Assembly: GCA_965228855.1 (NCBI GenBank)
Contig: CBDDIJ010000003.1
Span: 1,440,001 to 1,504,000 of the forward strand
DNA: 64,000 bases
DNA from: Candidatus Obscuribacterales bacterium
Lineage (GTDB): Bacteria; Cyanobacteriota; Vampirovibrionia; Obscuribacterales; Obscuribacteraceae
Direction of reading: 5' to 3'
Positions 1 through 9,952 of the stretch are shown here, in pieces. Position 1 is the stretch's first letter. Every line of letters starts with the position of its first letter. The notes beneath the pieces were generated by a model, which worked only from the letters and a program-made list of their open reading frames with translations, was not told the DNA's origin and searched no databases. The position numbers and the translations under genes were made by a program.

Positions 1-294
1 ATTCAATGCCAGAAGTCTGTCTTTCGCGGTCTCAGATTTTGACTTTTTGACATCAGAAACCGCATACAATACCTGACGCTGTAGATTGCTCAAATCCACG
101 CTGTCGAAATCGATTAAACCTAGCCTTCCAACGCCGGCTGCAGCAAGATAAAGAGCGACAGGCGATCCTAAGCCTCCGGCTCCGACAATCGCAACGCGGG
201 CGTTCTTCAGTTTGAGTTGCCCTTTCTCTCCAACTTCCGGGAGAATCAAGTGGCGTAGATAGCGTTGTTTCTCTGTGTTGCTGAGTTCTGTCAT
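1..294 (-). CDS. moeB: MoeB/ThiF-family adenylyltransferase (5' part; runs off the window start)
   Basis: Not in the ORF track. My translation from ATG at 294: MTELSNTEKQRYLRHLILPEVGEKGQLKLKNARVAIVGAGGLGSPVALYLAAAGVGRLGLIDFDSVDLSNLQRQVLY, with the RY-RH, GAGGLG and SNLQRQ signatures. Confidence 0.92.
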   Translation of the reverse strand, partial: MTELSNTEKQRYLRHLILPEVGEKGQLKLKNARVAIVGAGGLGSPVALYLAAAGVGRLGLIDFDSVDLSNLQRQVLYAVSDVKKSKSETAKDRLLALN

Positions 295-318
295 GCGACT
301 GTTATCGGTGAATCGCGC

Positions 319-798
319 CTAAGAAAAATGTTTGATCAAACGGTCGTAGGTCTGTCCGAGGTCTTCGGGAAGAACTCTGGATTCGCCGATCGAAGTCATA
401 AAGTTGGCATCGCCAATCCAACGCGGTACGAGATGCATGTGCAAATGATCTTTCACACCGGCGCCGGCGGCCCGACCGAGATTCCATCCTATATTGAAGC
501 CATCGGGATTGTACTCTCTGGCCAGGACAACCTCGGCCATTTTTGCAAGTGACATCATTTCACTTGTTGATTCGTCGTCGAACTTGGCCAATGAAGATTC
601 GTGCTGGTAGGGGACTACCATTAAATGACCGCTCGTATACGGATAGAGATTGAGGATAATGAAATTGAGTTTGCCCCGGAATAGAATCAAGTTCGTTCTA
701 TCATCACCTGATTCCAGTAGATTGCAGAACACGCAGCCAGGCGTGCGATCGACGTTTGTTATGTAGGTGTATCGCCAGGGTGTCCAGATGTGTTCCAT
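319..798 (-). CDS. HIT-family nucleotide hydrolase (Ap4A phosphorylase/FHIT-like)
   Basis: Histidine triad HLHMHLVPRW, CVFC, NLYPYTSGHLMV, N-terminal WTPWR. Confidence 0.9.
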   Translation of the reverse strand: MEHIWTPWRYTYITNVDRTPGCVFCNLLESGDDRTNLILFRGKLNFIILNLYPYTSGHLMVVPYQHESSLAKFDDESTSEMMSLAKMAEVVLAREYNPDGFNIGWNLGRAAGAGVKDHLHMHLVPRWIGDANFMTSIGESRVLPEDLGQTYDRLIKHFS

Positions 799-950
799 TA
801 GCTCGAATCTATATAAGTAATAATTCAGGTCAAAAATTTTCGGTGGAGGCAGGCACCGTATCTGGTGAATTCTCGGAAGTCTTGAGTTGTCAAGCGCTTC
901 TGATTGCTTGCCTCTGAGAAAATTCCGGACGGAAAATTAAGTTTACCAGG

Positions 951-984
951 TATAACTTCGGACATTTGTATATTCGAAGTTACA
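951..984. promoter_or_regulatory. Imperfect palindrome (operator or recombinase-site-like) in the divergent HIT/pckG intergenic region
   Basis: TATAACTTCGGACA-TTTGTA-TATTCGAAGTTACA; TAACTTCG and CGAAGTTA are perfect inverted arms. Confidence 0.45.
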
Positions 985-1029
985 CTGATTGAACCGCAGC
1001 AGACTCTGTATTCCAAAAGGGGCTAAGTT

Positions 1030-2877
1030 ATGCAATCGACGACTTCGACGGGTTCGGTAGTACCTACAATTTGCAGCTACGATTTGAAACATGATCGACT
1101 GCTGAAGTGGGTGAAAGAGGTCGCGGCGCTTACAAAGCCTGATTCCATCTATATCTGCGATGGCAGCCAGCAAGAGTATGACCGACTTTGTTCCGAAATG
1201 GTCGCTCAAGGCAAACTCATAAAGTTGAATCCGGAGAAGCGGCCCAATAGCTATTTGACTCGTTCGGACGCATCCGATGTCGCACGTGTCGAAGACAAGA
1301 CTTTCGTCTGCACCACTAACAGAGATGATGCAGGTGCGACCAATAACTGGATGGCGCCTTCGGAAATGAAAGCCACCCTGAGCAAACTTTTCGATGGTTC
1401 TATGCGCGGAAGAACCATGTACGTTATTCCGTTCAGCATGGGACCGGTTGGTTCGCCTCTGTCACACATCGGCGTGGAAATAACCGATTCACCATATGTG
1501 GTGGTGAGCATGCGCATCATGACCAGAATGGGCAAAGCCGCGGCGGAAGCGCTCGGCAAGGATGGCGACTTCGTTCCGTGCTTGCACACTGTAGGCGCGC
1601 CATTGTCTCCCGGCGAAAAGGATGCGCTCTGGCCATGCAATCCGGATACGAAGTACATTTGTCATTTCCCGGAAACGCGCGAAATCTGGTCCTACGGATC
1701 CGGTTATGGTGGCAACGCTCTCCTCGGCAAAAAATGTTTCGCTCTTCGGATCGCGTCAACGATGGCACGCGAAGAAGGCTGGTTGGCCGAGCACATGCTC
1801 ATTCTCGGCATGCAGTCACCAGCCGGTGAGAAAGCGTACGTCGCGGCGGCATTCCCTTCGGCATGTGGCAAAACCAACCTTGCAATGTTGATTCCACCAA
1901 AGACATTTGACGGATGGAAGGTCACCACAGTTGGTGACGATATCGCCTGGATTAAACCGCGAGATGGCAAGTTCTATGCGATCAATCCGGAAGCTGGCTA
2001 TTTTGGCGTAGCTCCCGGCACCTCCGAGAAAACCAATCCGAATGCAATCGCTACGTTGAAGGAGAATTGCTTGTTCACCAACGTCGCACTGACCCCCGAT
2101 GGTGATGTTTGGTGGGAAGGTCTGACCGAGGAAAAACCGGCGAGTTTGATCGACTGGACCGGTCAAGAATGGACACCGGACTGTGGTCGTCCAGCGGCAC
2201 ATCCAAACGCGCGCTTCACGGTCGCGGCGTCTCAATGCCCGTCTCTGGACGAGAAGTGGGATGACCCTCAGGGCGTGCCGATCAGCGCATTTATCTTTGG
2301 CGGCAGACGCTGTTCTACAATTCCGTTGGTCACCGAAGCATACACGTGGACCGATGGCGTCTACATGGCGGCGACTATGGGATCGGAAACCACGGCAGCG
2401 GCATTCGGAAAAATCGGTCAGGTTCGTCGTGACCCGATGGCGATGCTCCCATTCTGCGGTTACAACATGGCTGACTACTTTGCGCACTGGCTTGAGATGG
2501 GCAAGCGCGTGCAGAGTGCACCGAAAATTTTCTGCACCAATTGGTTCCTGACTAACGAGAACGGCAAATTCATCTGGCCGGGATTCGGTGAAAACATGCG
2601 CGTTCTTCAGTGGATTTTCGAGCGTGCCCACGACCGTGGAACAGCCAATGAGACCGAATTGGGCTTCATGCCAGCATTCGATGATATCGACTGGAGAGGG
2701 TTGGACACGATCGAAAAATCTGTATGGACACAGTTGATGAAGATCGACCCTGAGCAGTGGCGCGACGAAGTCGTTCTTCACGATGAGCTCTTCGAGAGGC
2801 TCGGCGAGCGTGTACCGCGTCCGTTGCTGTTAAAGCGCAATCGACTGCATTCGGCGTTCAACAAAAAAACAAACTAG
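1030..2877 (+). CDS. pckG: Phosphoenolpyruvate carboxykinase (GTP)
   Basis: 615 aa with [60 protein letters not shown] and [14 protein letters not shown]. Confidence 0.97.
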   Translation: MQSTTSTGSVVPTICSYDLKHDRLLKWVKEVAALTKPDSIYICDGSQQEYDRLCSEMVAQGKLIKLNPEKRPNSYLTRSDASDVARVEDKTFVCTTNRDDAGATNNWMAPSEMKATLSKLFDGSMRGRTMYVIPFSMGPVGSPLSHIGVEITDSPYVVVSMRIMTRMGKAAAEALGKDGDFVPCLHTVGAPLSPGEKDALWPCNPDTKYICHFPETREIWSYGSGYGGNALLGKKCFALRIASTMAREEGWLAEHMLILGMQSPAGEKAYVAAAFPSACGKTNLAMLIPPKTFDGWKVTTVGDDIAWIKPRDGKFYAINPEAGYFGVAPGTSEKTNPNAIATLKENCLFTNVALTPDGDVWWEGLTEEKPASLIDWTGQEWTPDCGRPAAHPNARFTVAASQCPSLDEKWDDPQGVPISAFIFGGRRCSTIPLVTEAYTWTDGVYMAATMGSETTAAAFGKIGQVRRDPMAMLPFCGYNMADYFAHWLEMGKRVQSAPKIFCTNWFLTNENGKFIWPGFGENMRVLQWIFERAHDRGTANETELGFMPAFDDIDWRGLDTIEKSVWTQLMKIDPEQWRDEVVLHDELFERLGERVPRPLLLKRNRLHSAFNKKTN

Positions 2878-2887
2878 TTTCCAGCTC

Positions 2888-4501
2888 CTAAGGAATTAGA
2901 CGGCGAAGCACTTCGACGAGAGTCTTGTGCAGCGATTCGCCATCGCAAGGGTGAGCAGGCAAAGCCTCGATATCGTTTGTGACCGGTTTACGCAGACCCG
3001 GATACATAATCGAGGAGTAAATAATTTCACTCGCGTTTTCAACACCGCGAATCTGCTGTTTAAACTGCAAGATTTCGTTGACATCAGTCTGGAGCGGGTC
3101 AAGTGCCGAACGCTTTCTGTTGTACTCGTCGGCGATCGTCCGTTTCGTTTTACGCTTCACCGGCTTGGCTGTACTTTCTGGTAGCGGTTTTGCATCAACC
3201 CAATATTTTGGATCAAACAGCATCGCTTTACCGATTTGCCCAGGCGCCTCGAGAAAGATCGCTACACCGGTCGGTGGGTGTGGTGCGCCTAATGCGGCTG
3301 CGCCCAATGGACTCCATGGCACATAGCTGACCAGAAGACCGGCTCGATCGGACCAGAGTTGGACAGCTGGGCGCCCGTCATTCAATACCTGAATTGTTGT
3401 GTTCTTATTGAAGCTCCGCACCCAATGGTGATTAGTACAGCGATAGCCTTTCTCCGAGCAGACCTGAAGGAGCGCGTTGAGAAGTTTAAAACCGGCCCAG
3501 CGCTGATATAAATATGGAAAATTATTCAGAGGTGCTGCGAGTGCGGGCTCCTCGATGTTGACAGCTGCTTGTTGGCTGAGACCGAGATACCCCTGAAGAA
3601 CCGCTCGGTAAGCCGGATTCTTTAAGAGCACCATAGTAATACGAACGGATGTAATTGATGCGTTGCGAATCGATCGCAAAAATGTCGCGCGCATGTATGC
3701 CAGGTGAAATTCGTTGGCGAGATTGTCAACTTCGGTTGTCATTGCCGGCGGTGGCGTCATAGCTTTGAGTCTGGCTTGCAATCTCGAGAGACGGCTTCTT
3801 AACGCCAGCGCATATGCTTTGACAAGCCTGTTTTCATAAGCTTCAAACGACTGGTCTACCGTGGTGTCATACATTTGATAGAGTCGGCTGCTTGAAAGAA
3901 CGTTTCCAGGCATGGACATAGCTTGCGGCAAGCGCGAGATGTCCGGTCTTCGCACTTTCTCCACACTGCGCACTTCCAACTTTGGTATCAAAATTTTCAC
4001 GCAGTCGCGTTGCAGGATTGCAAGAATCTGCATCATGCCGAGCCGCTCTTTTGTTCCCATAATAGCGTCGCGCAGTTTTACAAATTCCTCTTCTTCGATG
4101 GACATCTGATCGCGCGCCGGCGGCGGGCTTATCTGTGCGCCGCATGCAATCAGGCGATTAGTGAGCATTGCCGGTAGTACGTCAGTCAACTCCTGAAACA
4201 CAAGATTGAAATCTTCTTCCTCGAAGTGCGTCGGCAAAACCGTAACTGTCCTGCTCTCGCTGATTCCATTGCAGGCCAGAAACAGCTCATAGTGACCTGG
4301 ACCACACGGAGGCCACTGGGAGTACGCAAGCGATTCGTTATCGAAAAGTGGAAGGTAAACACCGGCAAGTGTCAGCGAAATCGACGGACGAAGTTCTTTC
4401 GGAACATTAATCGCAATTCCGCACTTACGCCCTTCGATTGGACTCGGAATTACCGAACCCGAGTCGTAAAAGCTGAGTCGTGACGAACGTGGCGATTCCA
4501 T
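2888..4501 (-). CDS. DUF2357/McrC-like protein with a degenerate PD-(D/E)xK-type domain
   Basis: YENRLVK, LLKNPAYR, LYQRW, FDPKY and IMYPG follow the DUF2357/PDDEXK_7 layout; lies 27 bp downstream of an McrB-like gene. Confidence 0.75.
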   Translation of the reverse strand: MESPRSSRLSFYDSGSVIPSPIEGRKCGIAINVPKELRPSISLTLAGVYLPLFDNESLAYSQWPPCGPGHYELFLACNGISESRTVTVLPTHFEEEDFNLVFQELTDVLPAMLTNRLIACGAQISPPPARDQMSIEEEEFVKLRDAIMGTKERLGMMQILAILQRDCVKILIPKLEVRSVEKVRRPDISRLPQAMSMPGNVLSSSRLYQMYDTTVDQSFEAYENRLVKAYALALRSRLSRLQARLKAMTPPPAMTTEVDNLANEFHLAYMRATFLRSIRNASITSVRITMVLLKNPAYRAVLQGYLGLSQQAAVNIEEPALAAPLNNFPYLYQRWAGFKLLNALLQVCSEKGYRCTNHHWVRSFNKNTTIQVLNDGRPAVQLWSDRAGLLVSYVPWSPLGAAALGAPHPPTGVAIFLEAPGQIGKAMLFDPKYWVDAKPLPESTAKPVKRKTKRTIADEYNRKRSALDPLQTDVNEILQFKQQIRGVENASEIIYSSIMYPGLRKPVTNDIEALPAHPCDGESLHKTLVEVLRRLIP

Positions 4502-4528
4502 TTCTGCGATTTGATGAGGTGCCGAGAC

Positions 4529-5491
4529 CTAGAAGAATGAGGCAATACCATTTGTCTGGTAACCGTAGTTTAGCTGCTGAATCTTGTGATGACTGCGAGG
4601 GAATCTGTTTGCAGTGAGTTCTGTAAGCCTGTGCAACATGGCACCAATTCTGATATCAGTACCTTTGATGCGCGGAAGAATTTTCTGGATAATTTGATCG
4701 TCCAATGCCTCTTCCCACGGCACTCCGATGCGAACAGCTTCGTCGACATAGCGGTTGACTTCATCGACAATACGAATCGAGAACGGATTAACCTCAGCCA
4801 CGGCATCAAAAACGGCCATCAGCCAATCTCGAAGTTCTGGGCGCTGAATGCGTGAGGCGACCTCTTCTCGCAAGTGAGTCACTTCGATCACCTGCGCACG
4901 GTCGTAGATTTTGTCTGCGAAGTTTTGAGTTGTTTCATCGACGTTGACGGTTCCGATAAAGAACAAATTCGGCGTAAGGTCGACTACGTCAGGACCCGAC
5001 ATAGTGACCTGCGCGCGGCCGGCGGCGGTGAGGACTTCCATCGCGGACAAGAATTTCGCGAAGTAATATTCGACGCGTGCCAGGTTCATTTCGTCTAAAA
5101 CGAGGTGGAAAGGCTCGGGCGGTTTACCCACGCTAATCGCAGAGTGATAGGCGCGGGCGGCTTGTCGCAGGAACAAGCTAAAGTCGGTGTCATAGTATTG
5201 TTTGCTCAGGGGATTGTAATATCCCAAGAGATCTTCGTTAGTCGTCCAGTTTGGCGCGACGGCAACGAGGCAATACTTGGCATCGACGGCGTCTGCGTAC
5301 ATTCTGGTAAGCAAGGTTTTACCGCTTCCGCTCACGCCGCAGAGAATCACGAAGCGACGAGTTTTAAGCGAAAGATGATAACGCCTGAGCAGGTCTGAAT
5401 TGTAGACGGCTCCGGAAGCGTCGATTGTTCGACGAATGTAATCAAAATCAGGTTCAAAATAAGACATGACGATGTCATCCCTTTCTGCCAC
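4529..5491 (-). CDS. McrB-like AAA+ GTPase without an N-terminal DNA-recognition domain
   Basis: Walker A GVSGSGKT, Walker B LVLDEMNLARVEYYF, McrB signature GTVNVDETT (NxxD-like), DKIYDRA, QKILPRI; only 320 aa. Confidence 0.88.
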   Translation of the reverse strand: MAERDDIVMSYFEPDFDYIRRTIDASGAVYNSDLLRRYHLSLKTRRFVILCGVSGSGKTLLTRMYADAVDAKYCLVAVAPNWTTNEDLLGYYNPLSKQYYDTDFSLFLRQAARAYHSAISVGKPPEPFHLVLDEMNLARVEYYFAKFLSAMEVLTAAGRAQVTMSGPDVVDLTPNLFFIGTVNVDETTQNFADKIYDRAQVIEVTHLREEVASRIQRPELRDWLMAVFDAVAEVNPFSIRIVDEVNRYVDEAVRIGVPWEEALDDQIIQKILPRIKGTDIRIGAMLHRLTELTANRFPRSHHKIQQLNYGYQTNGIASFF

Positions 5492-5540
5492 GCAGGAAAA
5501 CAGAAGGCACCACGCCAGTCTAGGATATCATACGAGCCGC

Positions 5541-6542
5541 TTAGAGGTCCTTGGAGAAAGTTTGTCCGATAAGGTCTTTGCCGAAACTATGGTGCGGCGA
5601 TTCTTCGATGAGTTCGAATCCGGCTCTGTCGTAGATTCTGCGCGCATCGGTCAAAACGCTATTGGTCCACAAGATCACTTTCTTGTAGCCAATCAGCCTG
5701 GCGAATCGCAAGCACTCCTCGACCAGTCGTGTGCCGATGCCCAAGCCGCGAGCGGCTGGATCGACGTATAGCATTCGAAGTTTCGCAATCCCTTCTCCAT
5801 GGCGGACAACAAAGACTGAGCCGACAATCTGATGGTCTTTTTCCGCGATCCAGCAACGCTCGAATTTTGGATCGAAGTCGCGAATAAACTTGGCGCAAAT
5901 TTCGGCGGCAAGCGCCTCGAATTCTCCACTCCAGCCGTATTCTTGAGCATAGAGAACGGTTTGGCGATGCACGATAAACGCCATGTCGCCTGGATGCGGG
6001 TCACGCAGAATGTAGCTCGCTCTCTGATCTAAACTCCTGGATTCGTTCAACAACTCCTGGATCTGCGTCATTGCTCCGAGCAGTTGCGTCTGTTCAGGCT
6101 CTGAAAGCTGGTTCAGCATTGCCACCACCTCAGACTGCGACGCTCTGTTCAGGTTGTCGAAAGTTTGTCGCCCCGCATCGGTAAGTTCCAGTTGTAATGC
6201 TCGCGCGTCTGAGGAGGAACGGTTCTTGTTCAATAGACCTTTCTTCTGGAACTTAGAGATTACTCTGCTCAAATAACCGGCATTCAGTCCCAGTTCTCGA
6301 CAGAGATCGGTGCTTGTCATGTTGTCGCGATTGGCAAGCTCATACAGGATGCGACTTTCGGTCAACGAAAAATCGCTGTTTAACAAATGTTCCTGAAGCA
6401 CCCCAATCTGACGGGTGTAGAAACGGTTAAAACTTCGGACGCTCTCCGCATTTGCATGAAGCTGCGTTTTCGGCACTGTTGTGACTCCGTGACAATAATT
6501 GCTTAAGGCAACTAGTTTACTTGCCTCAGGCAATTGAGTCAA
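5541..6542 (-). CDS. MarR-type HTH / GNAT acetyltransferase fusion
   Basis: N-terminal VRSFNRFYTRQIG...LNAGYLSR...DAR wHTH; C-terminal GNAT LRMLYVDPAARGLGIG, LWTNSVL..ARRIY. The true start may lie downstream. Confidence 0.9.
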   Translation of the reverse strand: MTQLPEASKLVALSNYCHGVTTVPKTQLHANAESVRSFNRFYTRQIGVLQEHLLNSDFSLTESRILYELANRDNMTSTDLCRELGLNAGYLSRVISKFQKKGLLNKNRSSSDARALQLELTDAGRQTFDNLNRASQSEVVAMLNQLSEPEQTQLLGAMTQIQELLNESRSLDQRASYILRDPHPGDMAFIVHRQTVLYAQEYGWSGEFEALAAEICAKFIRDFDPKFERCWIAEKDHQIVGSVFVVRHGEGIAKLRMLYVDPAARGLGIGTRLVEECLRFARLIGYKKVILWTNSVLTDARRIYDRAGFELIEESPHHSFGKDLIGQTFSKDL

Positions 6543-6693
6543 TTCACAACAGGCTCTTGTCGCTCCAAATGTTTAGCAGAGAAGCGTCGGCAGATACTTA
6601 CATCGGTGTTGGAATCTTGGGCCGTGATTAGATAAGTCACTGGGTTGAGCCCTATCACGCTACAAGTTGATTGCGGTAAAGGGAGTTCGACGG

Positions 6694-7173
6694 ATGTCAG
6701 AGGAAATTCATCCACCAAAGCAAATTCGACCAGGTGCGGCCGTCTACCGTATTCTGGCGCTGGATACGATCGAACACATCGAGCTCCTTCAGCTAGCAGC
6801 GCAAGAGGCAGGTCATGAAGTCGTGGCCGTGACACGCATAGCTGAAGCAATGAACTTTCTGGACACTAAAGATCACGTCGACGTCGTGGTTTCAGCGGTT
6901 CACCTCGAGCAAGAAAGTGTTTTCGATTTTCTTCGACAGATGAAGAAGTCGCTAATCCACAAGGACGTTCCTTTTATGATGCTTTGCAGTGATCCGGGAG
7001 AGTTTGCGATGGCAGTCGATCACTCAGTTCAAACCGCGGCGACTGTCATGGGTGTCGACAAATACGTCACGATGCCGAAGTACGATGTCGGCAGATTGAT
7101 GAAAGAGATCGCCGCGATGATTCCGGATTGCCCACCCAGCAAAGACCTCGACGACACAGAACAATCAACGTAG
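6694..7173 (+). CDS. Stand-alone atypical receiver (CheY-like) domain protein
   Basis: Receiver pattern RILALD...GHEV...EAMNFL...VDVVVSAVHL...VPFMML; ATG at 6694 has GGGAG upstream; the phospho-acceptor Asp is absent. Confidence 0.7.
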   Translation: MSEEIHPPKQIRPGAAVYRILALDTIEHIELLQLAAQEAGHEVVAVTRIAEAMNFLDTKDHVDVVVSAVHLEQESVFDFLRQMKKSLIHKDVPFMMLCSDPGEFAMAVDHSVQTAATVMGVDKYVTMPKYDVGRLMKEIAAMIPDCPPSKDLDDTEQST

Positions 7174-7276
7174 AGTCAAATACTGCATCTCGGCACCGCG
7201 GAAGGCTGTGATCAGTAGTAGAAACGCGAATGACGAACCCGGCGAAAATTAGGTACAGTGGTAAAACGCTCCCTGA

Positions 7277-9892
7277 TTGGTACTGCTAGTGGTTGAACGT
7301 TCCAAGGTAAAAACCAAAACAGCCAACACCTGCTTGCGTTGCGATCGACGGAAGATGACTCCGCACGCAGGTGCGACTGGATGGATTTTAAACCTGGGCA
7401 GCTGTAAGTGCGAAGACGGCATAGCGAGTCATTCATCGCTGGACGGAAACTCGGATATTAGCCAAACCGATGGAAACCAGGATGCTGCCACCGCGACCGG
7501 TGCCGGCGATCCAAACAAGGAACAAGGCGATTCGGTTGAAATCGAAATTCCAAAATGTATAGACGACCGCTTTGATGTTCTCGAAGTCCTCGGCAAGGGC
7601 GGCATGGGAACGGTCTATAAAGTCCGCGATAGAGAAGTTGGTTCCATATTTGCGTTGAAGCTCTTGCACCAAAACCTGCAAAGCGACCCTGCTGTTTTAA
7701 AGCGTTTCGAACAGGAAGCAAAAGCTGCGGAGCAACTCGATCATCCGAATTTGGTGCCAACCTATTCTCACGGTGTCACCAGTAGTGGTGAGCCCTATCT
7801 CTTAATCGAGTACGTTGAGGGGGAGACGTTAGCAAAGATTATTGAACGCGAAGGCGCTCTCGATGCAGATCGCGCGATTGCGCTCTTTGAGCAGATTTGC
7901 TCAGCGTTGTCTTATGCCCACGACAAGAAAATTATTCACCGGGACATCAAACCGGCGAACATCATCATATCGAAAACTCCAGGCGGTGATGATGTAATCC
8001 GTGTTGTTGACTTCGGAATTGCAAAAACGATCACTGAAGTGGATCGCTCTACTCGCAACTTGACACAAACCGGTGAGGTCTTCGGAAGTCCGCACTACAT
8101 GAGCCCTGAGCAGTGCCTGGGTTTAATGCTCGATGAGAAGTCAGATATTTATTCTCTCGGGTGCGTAATGTTTGAGGCGATGAGCGGTAAACCTCCGTTC
8201 GCAGGAAGCAACCCAATCCAGCTTGTCGTTAAGCATATCAACGATAAACCGAAACCATATCTGCCGAAATTCTCTGCGTCGAAAAGGGAGCAGAGCCTTC
8301 AGTCGATAGCACTTAAGTGTTTGGAAAAAGAGGCGGTGGATCGATTCCAAGACGTCGGTGAAATCGAGCATGCGCTGGAGCGTATCAAGTATGGAAAGAG
8401 CGTCAATTTCGATCAAAATTCGAAATTCAAAACATCAGTCTTTCAGAAGCAGTTGCATTTAATAGCATTCATAACTCCATTAGTCCTTATCGCTTTGAGC
8501 GCATCCATCTTTTTTTCCTCAAGTTCGCCCGCACCGCTGGAACATACGAAAAGTAACCCAATTATTTCTTTTGTTGTTTTTATTCTGATGTACACTGCAA
8601 TTCCTGGCATTTTCATGATGCTTTTCGGGTCTTACGCCAAAGCGTGTTTAAGAGTTGCTAGGGATAACATCGCCACGAAGCGGCATTGGTGGACAACCCT
8701 CTCGTTGTGGTGCTCAGCTGCTATGTGTTTCGGCTCCGTGCCTACGTTTGTGTATTGGGGCTACTCGGGATATTGGTTCAAGAATGGGGACGAGTGGAGT
8801 CCGCTTTCAAACCTAGACCTAGCTATATTACCTGGTGCGATTCTCTCCTTCGTTTGCGGAGTAGGAGTGCTCGTGTGCTCACTTGGATTTCTAATAGACA
8901 GTGGTCCTAAAAAAATTTCGTTGGAGAAGATGTTGCTTCGAGCTTCTAAATCGCTGCTCGGTTCATTGTTGATAGTGGCGCTATTGCTTGGAGCCTACTT
9001 CCCAAAGGTAGTTCAAAAGTTGTCGTCTGTTTATACATCAATGAATTTTTCGCTTTGCTCAGACCTTCGAACAAAGGTTGTTTATTTAGCTCGACAAATT
9101 GCACCGGACAGCAGCGAAATGGTCAACAACAGCTATGTCGTCTCAGAGGAGACGAAGAATATCCCGCAAGCCGTGCTTGACCTTACGGAACTCATTAATC
9201 GTGAAACAGACAAAAATTCATTTAACTTCAGTGATAACTTGAACGAGCGCGCGCGTATCTATACGACTGCACTCCAATGGGATAAAGCAATCGCCGACTG
9301 GACCGAACTAGCCAAGATTAATCCCGACTCGAATTACTACTATCGAATGTTGGGTAACTGCCAGTCGGCGCAAGGCAACTATCAACTCGCGATTCAAAGC
9401 TATGACGAATCAATTAAGCGGGATCTCACAGAATCGATGAACTATTACAAGAAAGCGATTACCCAGGCTCAACTCAAGGACTATGGTGGAGCGTTGCAAA
9501 CCTTGGAACTGCGCTCAAAACTTCACAAAGGTTTGAGACCGACTATGTATCTCATCCGAGGTTACACTCTTGGTTTGCAGGGGGATGAGTCAGGTGCGAT
9601 TGCGGCGTATGGGCTGGCTGCTGCTGCAAAAACTCCTGATAGCTCCCGTTGGGATGAGGTCGCTCGAGCCTCAGCGTATCTTCAGCTCGGAGATAAGACA
9701 GCTGCCCTCAACTGTATGAAGGAGGCGACTAGACTTGACCTTTCATTCGACGAATTCATGACCTCGGAGACTGCTTTGCCAGGCGAACAGCGCAAGAAGC
9801 TTGTTCAGCTTGTTTTGAAAAATAAAGTGTTTCCTTCTGCGCGTTTTCAGGACGTTCGATTCGGGCGCATTGCACGGGTCTCTGCTCACTAA
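7277..9892 (+). CDS. Membrane Ser/Thr protein kinase with multi-TM region and C-terminal TPRs
   Basis: GKGGMGTVY, ALK, HRDIKPAN, DFG, GSPHYMSPEQ; about 5 hydrophobic segments; TPR-like helices; N-terminal Cys motif. Confidence 0.93.
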   Translation: MVLLVVERSKVKTKTANTCLRCDRRKMTPHAGATGWILNLGSCKCEDGIASHSSLDGNSDISQTDGNQDAATATGAGDPNKEQGDSVEIEIPKCIDDRFDVLEVLGKGGMGTVYKVRDREVGSIFALKLLHQNLQSDPAVLKRFEQEAKAAEQLDHPNLVPTYSHGVTSSGEPYLLIEYVEGETLAKIIEREGALDADRAIALFEQICSALSYAHDKKIIHRDIKPANIIISKTPGGDDVIRVVDFGIAKTITEVDRSTRNLTQTGEVFGSPHYMSPEQCLGLMLDEKSDIYSLGCVMFEAMSGKPPFAGSNPIQLVVKHINDKPKPYLPKFSASKREQSLQSIALKCLEKEAVDRFQDVGEIEHALERIKYGKSVNFDQNSKFKTSVFQKQLHLIAFITPLVLIALSASIFFSSSSPAPLEHTKSNPIISFVVFILMYTAIPGIFMMLFGSYAKACLRVARDNIATKRHWWTTLSLWCSAAMCFGSVPTFVYWGYSGYWFKNGDEWSPLSNLDLAILPGAILSFVCGVGVLVCSLGFLIDSGPKKISLEKMLLRASKSLLGSLLIVALLLGAYFPKVVQKLSSVYTSMNFSLCSDLRTKVVYLARQIAPDSSEMVNNSYVVSEETKNIPQAVLDLTELINRETDKNSFNFSDNLNERARIYTTALQWDKAIADWTELAKINPDSNYYYRMLGNCQSAQGNYQLAIQSYDESIKRDLTESMNYYKKAITQAQLKDYGGALQTLELRSKLHKGLRPTMYLIRGYTLGLQGDESGAIAAYGLAAAAKTPDSSRWDEVARASAYLQLGDKTAALNCMKEATRLDLSFDEFMTSETALPGEQRKKLVQLVLKNKVFPSARFQDVRFGRIARVSAH

Positions 9893-9952
9893 TGAAAACG
9901 CGTATGCCATAAGGGTTCGAGAAAAAGTACTGGAGAAAAAATAAAAAGCCGG

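Noticed and set aside
1816..2781. 321-aa minus-strand ORF
   Set aside because: Antisense shadow of the highly conserved pckG, with no motifs.
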